NCBI GenBank assembly: GCA_963761305.1
Contig: CAVXGK010000001.1
Coordinates: 896,001-960,000 of the forward strand
From: an uncultured Gemmatimonadaceae bacterium
GTDB lineage: Bacteria > Gemmatimonadota > Gemmatimonadetes > Gemmatimonadales > Gemmatimonadaceae
DNA: 64,000 nt
Direction: 5' to 3'
In this document: positions 9,934 to 19,294 of the stretch, piece by piece
How positions within the stretch are numbered: the first letter of the stretch is position 1
Layout of the letters: every line of letters begins with the position of its first letter
Notes under the pieces: model-generated
Told to the model about the DNA's origin: nothing
What the model saw: only the letters and a program-made list of their open reading frames with translations
Databases searched by the model: none
Made by a program: the position numbers and the translations under genes

Positions 9934-10788
9934 ATGGACGCTGATCTTCTTCGAATTCCCGTCGGCCCGGGCTCCATGCACGTGGAGCGATACGGTCACG
10001 GCGGCTCGCCGATCCTTCTCGTCCATGGTTTCGGCACGTGCGCGTTCCTGTGGCGTGAGGTCGGGCCGGGCCTCGCGTCGGCCAACCGCACGGCGTTCGC
10101 GGTCGATCTATTCGGGTATGGCGAATCCGACCGGCCGTTCGACGCGCAATTCGGCATCGAGGCGCAGTCGGACTACCTCGATCACGCGCTCACGGCGCTG
10201 CGTTTGGCCAAAGCGACCGTCGTCGGTGTGGACTTCGGCGGCGCGGTCGCGATGCATCTCGCGTACATGCGGCCCGAGCGGGTCGAGCGACTCGTGCTCG
10301 TGAACCCGATCGCGTTCGATGAAATCCCCGCCGACGACATCAAAACGTTGCAGCGCAACACGGCGCGATTCGCCATTCGAGTCTCGCGCGGGTTGCTCGG
10401 CGCGGCGCCGCTCGTGCGCGAGCTCCTCGAACGAAGCGTCGCCGCGCCGGACAAGATGCCCGACCATCTCGTCGCTCGTTACATGGCGCCGTACGTCGGA
10501 CAAGAGGGGCTCAATCACCTGCTCACGCTGGCGCGCGCGGTGGACGGCGAGGACATGGCCGACGTCGAGTTGGGACAGATCGATTGCCCGACGCTGATCG
10601 TTTGGGGCGACCAGGACCGCTTTTTGAGTCCCAAGATGGCCGACAAGCTCGCCGATACGATTCCTGGAAGCCGCCTGGTGCGTCTCCCCGGCACGGGCCG
10701 TCTCGTCCCCGAGGAGGCGCCCGACACGCTCTCGAACATGATCCTCGAGTTCGTCGGCGCCGCGGGAACGATCGCGCGCGCCGATTGA
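9934..10788 (+). CDS. Alpha/beta hydrolase fold protein (Asp-nucleophile type; catalytic His replaced by Arg)
   Basis: LVHGF, DLFGYGES, GVDFGG and WGDQD; reads GTGRLVPEE where GxGH is expected. Confidence 0.88.
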   Translation: MDADLLRIPVGPGSMHVERYGHGGSPILLVHGFGTCAFLWREVGPGLASANRTAFAVDLFGYGESDRPFDAQFGIEAQSDYLDHALTALRLAKATVVGVDFGGAVAMHLAYMRPERVERLVLVNPIAFDEIPADDIKTLQRNTARFAIRVSRGLLGAAPLVRELLERSVAAPDKMPDHLVARYMAPYVGQEGLNHLLTLARAVDGEDMADVELGQIDCPTLIVWGDQDRFLSPKMADKLADTIPGSRLVRLPGTGRLVPEEAPDTLSNMILEFVGAAGTIARAD

Positions 10789-10847
10789 TTGCTCGGCGAG
10801 CGATTCGCGGGACAATTCGCCCACGGAGTCGCCGCATAGGGGGCTTC

Positions 10848-10864
10848 ACGGCGCAACGCTTGCG
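10848..10864 (+). promoter_or_regulatory. Candidate sigma54 (-24/-12) promoter
   Basis: ACGGCGCAACGCTTGCG has GG(10850-51)-N10-GC(10862-63) with TTGC at -12; upstream of the ORF at 10938. Confidence 0.5.
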
Positions 10865-10937
10865 CATTGCCGCACGTAGAAACTCCGGGTCGATTATCTT
10901 ATCGCCTTCCCCAGTCTCACACCCCCAACCCAGGTAC

Positions 10938-11210
10938 ATGGCCAAGCAGAGAAATCGAGCGGTGAGGTCGGCGCCCCTTACGGCACCGACGCCCTTCGAG
11001 GAAGCGCGCGACGAGTTGTTCCAGCACATCATGCGGTGCGGCGTGGTCGGATCGGCGCCCGAAGATCAGAGCGAGTGGTTCACGGAGACGATGGCGTACA
11101 TGGCCGATCGGTATCCGGAGCTCGCCTCGGGCCAGATCGACGAGTTGCGCAAATTGGGCGAGCGGTTCTCGCAGCCGCCGAAGAAGCGCGACGACACGGC
11201 AGCCGCCTAG
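10938..11210 (+). CDS. Hypothetical protein
   Basis: 90-aa helical ORF (PFEEARDELFQHIMRCGV...) with its own promoter candidate and terminator. Confidence 0.7.
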   Translation: MAKQRNRAVRSAPLTAPTPFEEARDELFQHIMRCGVVGSAPEDQSEWFTETMAYMADRYPELASGQIDELRKLGERFSQPPKKRDDTAAA

Positions 11211-11226
11211 CACATAGCTGACAGTA

Positions 11227-11257
11227 GGCGCCCCCGCAGTCTGGGGGCGTTTTCGTT
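11227..11257 (+). terminator. Intrinsic terminator
   Basis: GGCGCCCCC-loop-GGGGGCGTT hairpin followed by a T-rich tail, just after the stop at 11210. Confidence 0.7.
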
Positions 11258-11270
11258 GGCCAGGCGTTCC

Positions 11271-11747
11271 TCAGCGCCAGCGCGGCGGCGATCGTCGGAG
11301 CACGAACCCGATTCGCGCTCCACCGCCCAATCCCAGCTCGACCGCCGGAGTCCATCCGCCGCGACGACGTCCCTCGACGTCCATCACGACGGTCAGATAC
11401 GGCGTCTTGAAACCGTTGCCGGTGATCGGCGCGCTGAGACCGCCGCCGAGCGACAGGGCAACGTTGTTTTCGCGCAGTGGATCGAGCAGAAATCGCGCGA
11501 TCGCGTCCACGCGCCCGACGGCGGACGAGGTCCCGTCGCGCCACGTCGCTCCCACCGCGCCGTCGAAGCCGCATCGAACGTAGACTCCGACCGGCGCAAC
11601 GATGCCGACTCCGCCCTGCACCGTCGTCCGGTTGGCGAGGATCGCATCGGCCCGCAACTCGGGATAGGTCGTCGGCTCCTGCTGCGCCGCAAGCCCGCCG
11701 GCGAGCGCCGTGCTCAGGAGGATCGCTAGCGAGCGCGCGCGTGCCAC
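11271..11747 (-). CDS. Exported hypothetical protein, possibly a small beta-barrel
   Basis: Signal peptide (LAILLSTALAGGLAA|Q) followed by Gly-rich alternating beta-strand pattern. Confidence 0.6.
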   Translation of the reverse strand: MARARSLAILLSTALAGGLAAQQEPTTYPELRADAILANRTTVQGGVGIVAPVGVYVRCGFDGAVGATWRDGTSSAVGRVDAIARFLLDPLRENNVALSLGGGLSAPITGNGFKTPYLTVVMDVEGRRRGGWTPAVELGLGGGARIGFVLRRSPPRWR

Positions 11748-12253
11748 AAAGCGAGCGTGTAGTCAAACACCGAAAACGCCGACGCGAGGCCGACGAGCCA
11801 GAGCATCGGTTGGATGCGCCGCGGCGCCAGCAGGAGCACGACGAAGGCGATGAACTGCAGCATCGTCACGAGCTTTCCCGCGCGACGCGCGCGAAAATGG
11901 ACGGGCCTGAGCCACGACACCGACCGCGCGACGATGAACCCGATCGCCGTCATGATGTCACGCGACAGCATGACGAGCGCGGCCCATAACGACAGCGCGC
12001 CCGACTCCAGAAACGTCAGCACCGCGACGAAGGCGAAGATTCGATCGGCCGCCGGATCGATCAAAGCGCCGAGTCGCGTCGTCCATTGCGCGCGCCGAGC
12101 GAGCCAACCGTCGAGCACGTCCGTCACCGCGGCGATGCCGACGAGACCGAGACGCTTGTCCACGTCGGTGACCAGCGCGAAGCCCGCGGCGAGCAGGACG
12201 CGCGACGATGAAATCACATTCGGGAGAGCGCGGAGCCTCTCTCGCGAGATCAT
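11726..12253 (-). CDS. CDP-alcohol phosphatidyltransferase (PgsA-like)
   Basis: PNVISSSR and the signature DVLDGWLARR...LGALIDPAAD. Confidence 0.9.
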   Translation of the reverse strand: MISRERLRALPNVISSSRVLLAAGFALVTDVDKRLGLVGIAAVTDVLDGWLARRAQWTTRLGALIDPAADRIFAFVAVLTFLESGALSLWAALVMLSRDIMTAIGFIVARSVSWLRPVHFRARRAGKLVTMLQFIAFVVLLLAPRRIQPMLWLVGLASAFSVFDYTLALWHARAR

Positions 12254-12310
12254 GGCCCAAACCTAACGTCGAGGCCGCGGCCGCAATCCAAACGGCGTCC
12301 TGAGCGACGC

Positions 12311-12339
12311 TTGCCAGCGCGGAACGGCGCCCATAGCTT
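12311..12339 (+). promoter_or_regulatory. Candidate sigma70 promoter
   Basis: TTGCCA-N17-TAGCTT upstream of the M28 gene. Confidence 0.5.
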
Positions 12340-12363
12340 CGCCGATTCTCCCCCGACAACACC

Positions 12364-13836
12364 GTGAAAGCATTGAGAATCGCATCATACGCGTTCGCGG
12401 CCCTCGCCGCGGCATGCGGCGCGCCCGCGACCATCGCGACGGTATCCACGCTCAGCCCGTCGTCCGGCCCGGTCGCGACGATCGACCGGCGAATCGGGCT
12501 CTCGAGCAATCCCGATATCGCAGCGGCCCTCGCCGAGGTCAATCCGGCCAACATTCGACACACCGATTCGGTGCTGGTGTCGTTCGGGACGCGCAACACG
12601 TTCTCCGACACCACGTCCCCGACGCACGGCATCGGCGCGGCGCGGCGATGGATCTACTCCGAATTTCAGCGCTATTCGCAAGCGTGTGGCGGCTGCCTTC
12701 GCGTCGAATACAACGCGAAGGTCCAACAGATCGGCCGCGCGCAGCAGATCGAAGCCAACATCGTCGACGTGCTTGCGTGGCTTCCGGGTCGGGACACCAC
12801 GCGCGTCGTCGTGATGAGCGGCCACTACGATTCGTGCGTCTGCGGCAACCCCAACGGCACGAACGATTCGACCTCGACCGCGCCAGGCGCTGACGACGAC
12901 GGCTCGGGCAGCTCGGCCGTGATCGAGCTCGCGCGCGCGTTCTCCAAGCGGTTCCCGAAAGGGCTCGACGCATCGATCATCTTCGTCACCGTCGCGTCGG
13001 AAGAACAGGGACTCAACGGTTCACGGCAGCTGGCCGAGTGGTTGCACGAGAAGGGATACAAGGTGGTGGCCGGCATGACAGACGACATCGTGGGCAACGT
13101 CGTCGCCGAGGACGGCTACATCGACTCGACCAGCATGCGCATCTTCGCCGCCGATCCCGACAACTCGCCGAGCCGCGAGCTCGGGCGCTACGTGTGGGCG
13201 CTGGACCGTGTTTATCTGCCGAACTTCGACGTGCTCCCGGTGTGGCGGCTGGATCGCATCGGCCGCGGCGGCGATCACGAGCCGTACGTCACACTCGGCG
13301 ATCCCGGGCTGCGATTCACGGAACGCGTCGAGAACTACAACCGACAGCACTTGCCGACCGACGATTTCGCGCACGTGAACTTCGGATATGTCGCGAACGT
13401 GGCGCGCGTGAACGCCATGACGGTCGCGTCGTTGGCGATGGCTCCCGCGACGCCGGCGAACGCGCGGGCGGCGCGACAGGGACGCAACATCACCGAGGGT
13501 TCCACCTCGGGCGGGCAGGCGTGGACGCTCAGCTGGGACGCGTCGCCGGGGGCCGTGGGCTACGAGCTCCTCGTGCGTCTCACGACCGAGCCGACGTGGT
13601 CGAAGGTCATTCCGCTCGGCAACATCACGCGTTGCACGTTGCGACGCCAACTCGACGACGAGTGGTCGGCGGTGCGCGCGATCGGAGCGAACGGCTCGCG
13701 GTCGATGGCCGCGTCGATGCCGACGCCCAACGCGCCGCGTCCGGCCAACCCGAACGCGGCCGGTGGAGGACGCGGGGCCGGCGGCGCGGGTCGGGGCGGG
13801 CCGCCGCAACCTCCGCCGCCGCCGTGCGGCGCGTAA
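12364..13836 (+). CDS. M28-family metallopeptidase lipoprotein with a C-terminal FN3-like domain
   Basis: Lipobox ALAAAC, SGHYDS, PGADDDGSG, SEEQGL, DIVGN and GGDH. Confidence 0.88.
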   Translation: MKALRIASYAFAALAAACGAPATIATVSTLSPSSGPVATIDRRIGLSSNPDIAAALAEVNPANIRHTDSVLVSFGTRNTFSDTTSPTHGIGAARRWIYSEFQRYSQACGGCLRVEYNAKVQQIGRAQQIEANIVDVLAWLPGRDTTRVVVMSGHYDSCVCGNPNGTNDSTSTAPGADDDGSGSSAVIELARAFSKRFPKGLDASIIFVTVASEEQGLNGSRQLAEWLHEKGYKVVAGMTDDIVGNVVAEDGYIDSTSMRIFAADPDNSPSRELGRYVWALDRVYLPNFDVLPVWRLDRIGRGGDHEPYVTLGDPGLRFTERVENYNRQHLPTDDFAHVNFGYVANVARVNAMTVASLAMAPATPANARAARQGRNITEGSTSGGQAWTLSWDASPGAVGYELLVRLTTEPTWSKVIPLGNITRCTLRRQLDDEWSAVRAIGANGSRSMAASMPTPNAPRPANPNAAGGGRGAGGAGRGGPPQPPPPPCGA

Positions 13837-13924
13837 CGCGCGCGAGTGCGGTCGGGTTCGGCGTGGACGTCTTTTCGCGCCGGCTCACGCCGCGCCACGT
13901 GAAGACGGTGGTGCGAAGCCGCGG

Positions 13925-15508
13925 ATGAGAAACTTTCTCGCCCCGGCGCACCTGGCGCTGACGGGCATCATCCTGATCTGGGACATCGTGCTCGCCGGTC
14001 GCATCGCGCAGAACGATCAGGCCGAGCGTCCGCTGCAGGTCATGTGTGGATTCGCCGCGCTGGTGATCGTTCCAGCGCTGTTGCTGTATCTGGCGACGTC
14101 TACGGTGCTGACGAATCGCGCCGTGCAGACGATGGACTGGCTCTGGCCCGCCGTGCTCATTCTCTACGCCGCGCAGTCGGTCTACGCGCTCGTCCGTGGG
14201 CTCGTCCCCGGCGAGCTCATTCGAGAATCGGCGACTCCGCGCGTCGGTGGGTTCGGGCTTCCGCGGTTCCTATTCGCGCTCGGCCTGCCGATCGCCGCGT
14301 ACAACGTGCTGATCGCGGGCGTCGGCGTGATCCGGTATCTCGTGGCGCACGGCCACACGTCGGTCCAGCCGTTCGTCGCGCTGCTCGGCGCGCAGAGCCT
14401 GGCGATGGTGCTAGCCGGAGGCACGGCGAGTGTGCTGGCGACGCCCTTTTACATGAACGTGCCCATCATCTCGCCGGCCTTTCCGGCGCTCTACAAGTTC
14501 ACGGCGCCGTTTCGCGCGCTGGTGTCGATCTACGGGCTCGCCTGGGTGGTGGTGATCGTCGTTTTCGGACTGCCGCGGGCGGTGATCCAGCTCCAGAGCT
14601 ACGCGGCGCACGCGCGCGATCCACTGCGCGAGCGGCCCAACGGCGACTTCGCCGTCGGACTCAAGATTCTTCCTGATCTCTCCGCGGCCCCGCCGCCCGC
14701 GGCGATCCGCGCCGACTCGGCCCTCGCCGACACGATGGAAGTGGATGCGGTAGCCGTCGTCGTGCGGCCGGGGATCAGCCGCGCCGGACTCGATTCGCTC
14801 GCGCGCGTGCTCGATCCGGCGCGGCGCGACAGCACGACGATCGTCGTCGCCATCGGCTATCCACGTTTGCTCATTCCCGAGATCCAAACGCGGCCGCTCG
14901 ACGAAGCCGGCCGGCTGCTCACGATTCGGCACGTCGTCGAGCGTCTGCACCCGGACATCCTGCTCCCCGCCGAGGATCCGTACGCTGCAGGGTCGCTGGT
15001 CGTCGGCACGCTGCAACCGGCGCGCTGGGAATCGTATCTGATCGACGCCGTGCGCGTCGCAAAGGCGGTCGATCCAAAAGTGCGTATCGGCGTCTCGGCG
15101 TCGGACTATCGTCACGGCGACAGCGTGCTCTACGCCTGGGCCGCGCGGGCGCGCTCGCCGGTGGACCTCGTGGGCTTCTCGTTTTTCCCGTCGCCGTACG
15201 TGGGAGGCGGCATTCAGTCGGACACTCGCACCGCCGACCGGTGGATGCGCGCGACCCCGACGCACAAGGATATCTGGATCTTCGCGACGGGCGGATATCC
15301 GCTCGCGTACGGCGAGCGCAGCCAGGCCGACGCGATCTGGCAGGTGCTGGCCTGGGGCACCGATCACGCCGCGGTCAAGGGCGCCATCGTGTACGAGGCG
15401 GGTGACTACCTGCAAGCGCGCGGGCTGCGCGCTCCCAACGGACGATTGCGTCCCGCCGCGTCGACCGTGATGCGCGCGCTGGCCGGGCTGCGGGAGTCGG
15501 TGAGATAG
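13925..15508 (+). CDS. Polytopic membrane protein fused to a glycoside-hydrolase-like TIM-barrel domain
   Basis: About seven N-terminal hydrophobic helices. The C-terminal alpha/beta region has DLVGFSFFP, WIFATGGYP and GLRAPNGRLRPA, resembling clan GH-A ends. Confidence 0.55.
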   Translation: MRNFLAPAHLALTGIILIWDIVLAGRIAQNDQAERPLQVMCGFAALVIVPALLLYLATSTVLTNRAVQTMDWLWPAVLILYAAQSVYALVRGLVPGELIRESATPRVGGFGLPRFLFALGLPIAAYNVLIAGVGVIRYLVAHGHTSVQPFVALLGAQSLAMVLAGGTASVLATPFYMNVPIISPAFPALYKFTAPFRALVSIYGLAWVVVIVVFGLPRAVIQLQSYAAHARDPLRERPNGDFAVGLKILPDLSAAPPPAAIRADSALADTMEVDAVAVVVRPGISRAGLDSLARVLDPARRDSTTIVVAIGYPRLLIPEIQTRPLDEAGRLLTIRHVVERLHPDILLPAEDPYAAGSLVVGTLQPARWESYLIDAVRVAKAVDPKVRIGVSASDYRHGDSVLYAWAARARSPVDLVGFSFFPSPYVGGGIQSDTRTADRWMRATPTHKDIWIFATGGYPLAYGERSQADAIWQVLAWGTDHAAVKGAIVYEAGDYLQARGLRAPNGRLRPAASTVMRALAGLRESVR

Positions 15509-15509
15509 G

Positions 15510-15591
15510 GGTGGACCGGTGGACCGGGCAGTTTGGGGCGTGATCGAGAAATCTGACGTCAGATATCTGACATCAGACGTCAGACATCTCC
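15510..15591. repeat. Second copy of the composite GGACCGGT + TCTGACGTCAGA element
   Basis: GGTGGACCGGTGGACCGG, an 18-bp spacer, then the 46-bp module at 15546-15591. Confidence 0.88.
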
Positions 15592-15604
15592 CGTGCACCC
15601 GCCC

Positions 15605-18241
15605 TCAGACTCGCTTTCCGGTACCTCGCACGATGCCCTCGACGCGTCTCGACGGATCGAAGTAGTCGAGCGCCACGCGCTGCATCGCCACGGGTGTCAC
15701 GGCGCGGATGCGGGACTCGTACTCGTCCAGATCGCCGAGCTGTCCGAACAGATACGCGTCGACGACGTCGCCCAACACGGCGGCTCCGCTCTGCTGGCGG
15801 ATGGCGTGAATGCCGATCGCGTAGGTCTGCGCGCGCGAAAGCTCCTGCGCCGTCACGGGCTGTTCGCGCAACCGCGCGAACTCGGCGAGCAGTGCGTCGC
15901 GCGCCGCGTCCTCCTGCTCGGGCGACGTCGCGATGTACGCGCCGAACGCGCCGGCGAGCGCGCGCTCGGCCACGAAGGCGGTCACCGTGTAGCACAACGA
16001 ACGCTTGTCGCGAAGCTCCTCGAAGAAGCGTCCGCCGAGCCCGCTGGCGACCGTCGCGATCATCGCGGCGGCAAAACGCGCCGGGTCCGAGCGCGAGGGA
16101 CCGGGAAACAGGAGCGCCATCGCGGTTTGCGCGCGGTCGCGCGTTTCGATCTCGCTCGCCATCGTCGCCGGCCACTCGGGCTTCGCGACTGCCGTCATCG
16201 CCGTGCGACGAAGGTCGACGAACGCGCGCGCCGCGAGCTCGGCCAGCTGGCCGGGCTCGGCGTCGCCGACGAGCGCGATGATGCAGTCGCTGTGCATCGC
16301 CCGCGTCGCGTGCCACGCCCGCACTTCGTCCACGGTGATTCGATGGAGCGAGTCGTCGGTGCCGCCGGGCGCCAAGCCGTACGGGTGACCGACGAACGCC
16401 GATTCCGTGGCCAGGCGCATCGGAAAGCGATACATGTCGTCGCGTAGCGCGGCCACGTCGGCCAGCGCGATGGCGCGCTCGGTGTCGAGCGCTTCGCCCC
16501 CGAACGTCGCATGCTGCACGACGTCGGCGAGCAGTTCCACCGCCGCGGCGGCGTGGCGCGACGGCACCGAGATGCTCCACCGAAAGCTGTCCCCACTCAC
16601 CGCGCCCGACACGCTTCCGCCCAGCATCTCTCCGTCCTCGGCGATCTGCTCGGCGCTGCGCGACGCCGTGCCCTTGAGGGCGGTGCGGACCATGAGCGTC
16701 GTCAGGCCGGCGAGCGCCGATTCTTCGTCGCGCGTGCCGCCGACGACGTAGGCGCCGGCGTGCACCAGCGGAGAGCCCGGCTTGGCGCGCACCACGATCG
16801 GTATGCCCTCGTGCGTCCGGTACTCGAAGACGCCGGCCTCTTCGCGGACGAACTGCGGGCTTTTCGCGGACGGGAGAATGCGCGCCGTGTACGCGGGCTG
16901 CGGCGCGAGCGGTTGGGGCCGCGGGTCGCGGTCGAGCAGCGCGCGCATGTCGGCCGGCGAACCGGCCAGCGAATCGCTCGACACCGGGCGATAGATCATG
17001 ACGCCCGCGCGATCGGCCTCGAGATACTCGCGCGCGACTCGCGTGACGTCGTCGCGGGTGGCGAGCATCACGCGCTCGAGATAGTCGTCGCCCATGCGCC
17101 AATCGCCCAGCGCTTCCCACTCGGCGAGGTGCGTGGCTTGACCTTCCATGTCCTCGAGACGGCGAATCCAGCGCGACTCGAACACGCGCTGCGCGCGTTC
17201 GACTTCGAGGTCGCCAATCTCACCCTCGCGCGCGGCACGAATCTGATTCCACATCGCGCGCGCGGCTTCCCCCGCCGCCGCGGGAGGCGTTTCGGCGTGG
17301 GCGACGAACACGCCAATCTCCGTCGGCGTGTAGTGGTACGCGCTTACCGCCGACGCGAGCCGCCGTTCGCGGACGGCGCGATAGAGTCGCGACGCCCGGC
17401 CCGTGCCGAGCACGCCGGCGAGGACCTCGAGCACCGGCGTATCCGGATGGCTCGTGCCGGGCGTGCGCCAGCCGAACGCGATCTGCGTCTGCGCGACGTC
17501 GCCGGTCTGGTCGCGATAGCGAAACCCCGGCGCGCCCTCTTCGCTCGGCCCGGGCGAATACTCGGGCTCTCCCGCCGCCAGCGCGCCGTACCGCCGATCC
17601 ACCTCGGCCAGCGCGGCATCGGGGTCGACGTCGCCGACGATTGAGAGAATCGTCTTGCCAGGACGATAAAAATTGCGATAGAAGCCTACGACATTGCCCT
17701 GCCGAAGCGCACGCAGCCCCGGCTCGCGCCCGATTCGCCAACGGCGAATGCGGTGCCGGTCGTGGAGCAGCTCGTAGAGCGTCTCGGTGGCCACGGCGCC
17801 GGGATTGTCCGCCTTGCGCTTGGCTTCCTGGATGATGACCTCGAGCTCGCGCGCCAGCTCGCCGTCGTCGATCAGCGAATGCGCGTAGGCGTCGGCCTGG
17901 ATGTCGAGGCCGGCGACGAAGCTCGAGGACGGCAGCACCGTGTAGTAAATCGTGTGGTCGTAGATCGTGGCCGCGTTGAGGTAGCCGCCCGCGGCCTTCG
18001 TCTCCTTCGCGATCTCGCCGACGCCGCGGGTCGGCGTCCCCTTGAAGTACATGTGCTCGAGGACGTGCGCGATGCCGACGACGTCGTCGGTTTCGTCGAA
18101 GTAGCCGGCGCGTACGTACGTGACGATCGCGACGACCGGCGCCGACGGGTCGCGGCGGACGAGCACGGTGAGGCCGTTGGGCAGTCGCGTTCGCACGACC
18201 GGCAACGACGGGGGCGAACCCGGCGGAGCGTGCGCCGTCAA
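15605..18241 (-). CDS. M16 (pitrilysin/insulinase) family zinc protease, two fused halves
   Basis: LPNGLTV and the inverted zinc motif HVLEHMYFKGT; the second half lacks HxxEH, as is usual. Confidence 0.93.
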   Translation of the reverse strand: MTAHAPPGSPPSLPVVRTRLPNGLTVLVRRDPSAPVVAIVTYVRAGYFDETDDVVGIAHVLEHMYFKGTPTRGVGEIAKETKAAGGYLNAATIYDHTIYYTVLPSSSFVAGLDIQADAYAHSLIDDGELARELEVIIQEAKRKADNPGAVATETLYELLHDRHRIRRWRIGREPGLRALRQGNVVGFYRNFYRPGKTILSIVGDVDPDAALAEVDRRYGALAAGEPEYSPGPSEEGAPGFRYRDQTGDVAQTQIAFGWRTPGTSHPDTPVLEVLAGVLGTGRASRLYRAVRERRLASAVSAYHYTPTEIGVFVAHAETPPAAAGEAARAMWNQIRAAREGEIGDLEVERAQRVFESRWIRRLEDMEGQATHLAEWEALGDWRMGDDYLERVMLATRDDVTRVAREYLEADRAGVMIYRPVSSDSLAGSPADMRALLDRDPRPQPLAPQPAYTARILPSAKSPQFVREEAGVFEYRTHEGIPIVVRAKPGSPLVHAGAYVVGGTRDEESALAGLTTLMVRTALKGTASRSAEQIAEDGEMLGGSVSGAVSGDSFRWSISVPSRHAAAAVELLADVVQHATFGGEALDTERAIALADVAALRDDMYRFPMRLATESAFVGHPYGLAPGGTDDSLHRITVDEVRAWHATRAMHSDCIIALVGDAEPGQLAELAARAFVDLRRTAMTAVAKPEWPATMASEIETRDRAQTAMALLFPGPSRSDPARFAAAMIATVASGLGGRFFEELRDKRSLCYTVTAFVAERALAGAFGAYIATSPEQEDAARDALLAEFARLREQPVTAQELSRAQTYAIGIHAIRQQSGAAVLGDVVDAYLFGQLGDLDEYESRIRAVTPVAMQRVALDYFDPSRRVEGIVRGTGKRV

Positions 18242-19294
18242 CTAGGGCTTCACGAGACCGGCGGGTCCCGCCGGGTCGCCCATCTGTTTGGCCGCCGGCG
18301 TCGCGGGTGTACAGCTGGTCCACGCTCCGGGCCCAGCGCGATTCATGAAGTTCGTCGCTTCTGGGGTGCGGCCGAGTCGCATCAAGGTGCAACCGAGGTA
18401 GCCGAGCGCGACCTTGTCGTTGGGATCCAGCTGTAGGGCGCGAACGTAGAACGTTTTCGCCAGCTCATAGTTCTTCTGCATGAGCAGATTCGCGCCCATC
18501 TCGCGCAACGCCAGCTCGCTGTTCGGATCGGCTTCGATCGCCAGCTTGAGCTCCTGCGTCGCCAGCGAATAGTTGCCGACGTCGCGCGCCATGCGCGCGA
18601 GATAAATGTGCGGGCGCGCCGCCGCGGGATTCTCGCGCTCGGCCCGACTGAACGCGTTGGCGGCGACTTCACGCTGCCCGCGCTGATAGGCGACGATTCC
18701 CTCCTCGAGCGGATCGTGCGATCGCCGGCCGAAGACGAAGTAGCCGCCGACGCCCAGGATCACCACGGCGAGGACCGCCGAGGTGAGGATTGCCCAGGAA
18801 GGAAGACCGACGCGTCCCGCGGTTGGCGCGGCAACCGGAGCCGGCTCCCACGCGGGGGCGGCCGGCGGGCGTGGCGGCTCGCGCATCATGGGATCGCGCA
18901 TCACCGGATCGCGCGGGCCTGTCGCGCTGGGCGGCGGCCCGGAGTTGGAAAGCGCGACGTCCAGCTTCTGCACCGCACTCCGCGCCGCGGCAATGTCGGA
19001 ATCCGTCGGCCGGTAGCTCGTGTCCTGGAGCCGGTCGTGCACCGCCGAAAGCTCGGCGAGCGCATTGGCCTGATCGAAGTCGATGAGCTGACGCTGGCGG
19101 ACCTCGCGAATCAGCGGCTGTCCCGAGAGCGTGTTCGAACCCGCGAGCAAGCGCAACGCCGACTCGGTCGCCGACCAGACGTCGATCAAGTCGGCGGCCG
19201 TGTCCTCGGGGCCGCGAATCGAATCGAGACGAGCAACGGCGGGTCTCGCCGCGTCGAGCGCGGCGCCGGCGTTGCGCTGTGCCGCCGTCGTCAC
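18242..19294 (-). CDS. Membrane-anchored TPR protein with an N-terminal helical (HEPN-like) domain
   Basis: Helical N-domain, Pro-rich linker, TM (WAILTSAVLAVVILGVGGYFVF) and 3-4 TPR repeats. Confidence 0.75.
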   Translation of the reverse strand: MTTAAQRNAGAALDAARPAVARLDSIRGPEDTAADLIDVWSATESALRLLAGSNTLSGQPLIREVRQRQLIDFDQANALAELSAVHDRLQDTSYRPTDSDIAAARSAVQKLDVALSNSGPPPSATGPRDPVMRDPMMREPPRPPAAPAWEPAPVAAPTAGRVGLPSWAILTSAVLAVVILGVGGYFVFGRRSHDPLEEGIVAYQRGQREVAANAFSRAERENPAAARPHIYLARMARDVGNYSLATQELKLAIEADPNSELALREMGANLLMQKNYELAKTFYVRALQLDPNDKVALGYLGCTLMRLGRTPEATNFMNRAGPGAWTSCTPATPAAKQMGDPAGPAGLVKP

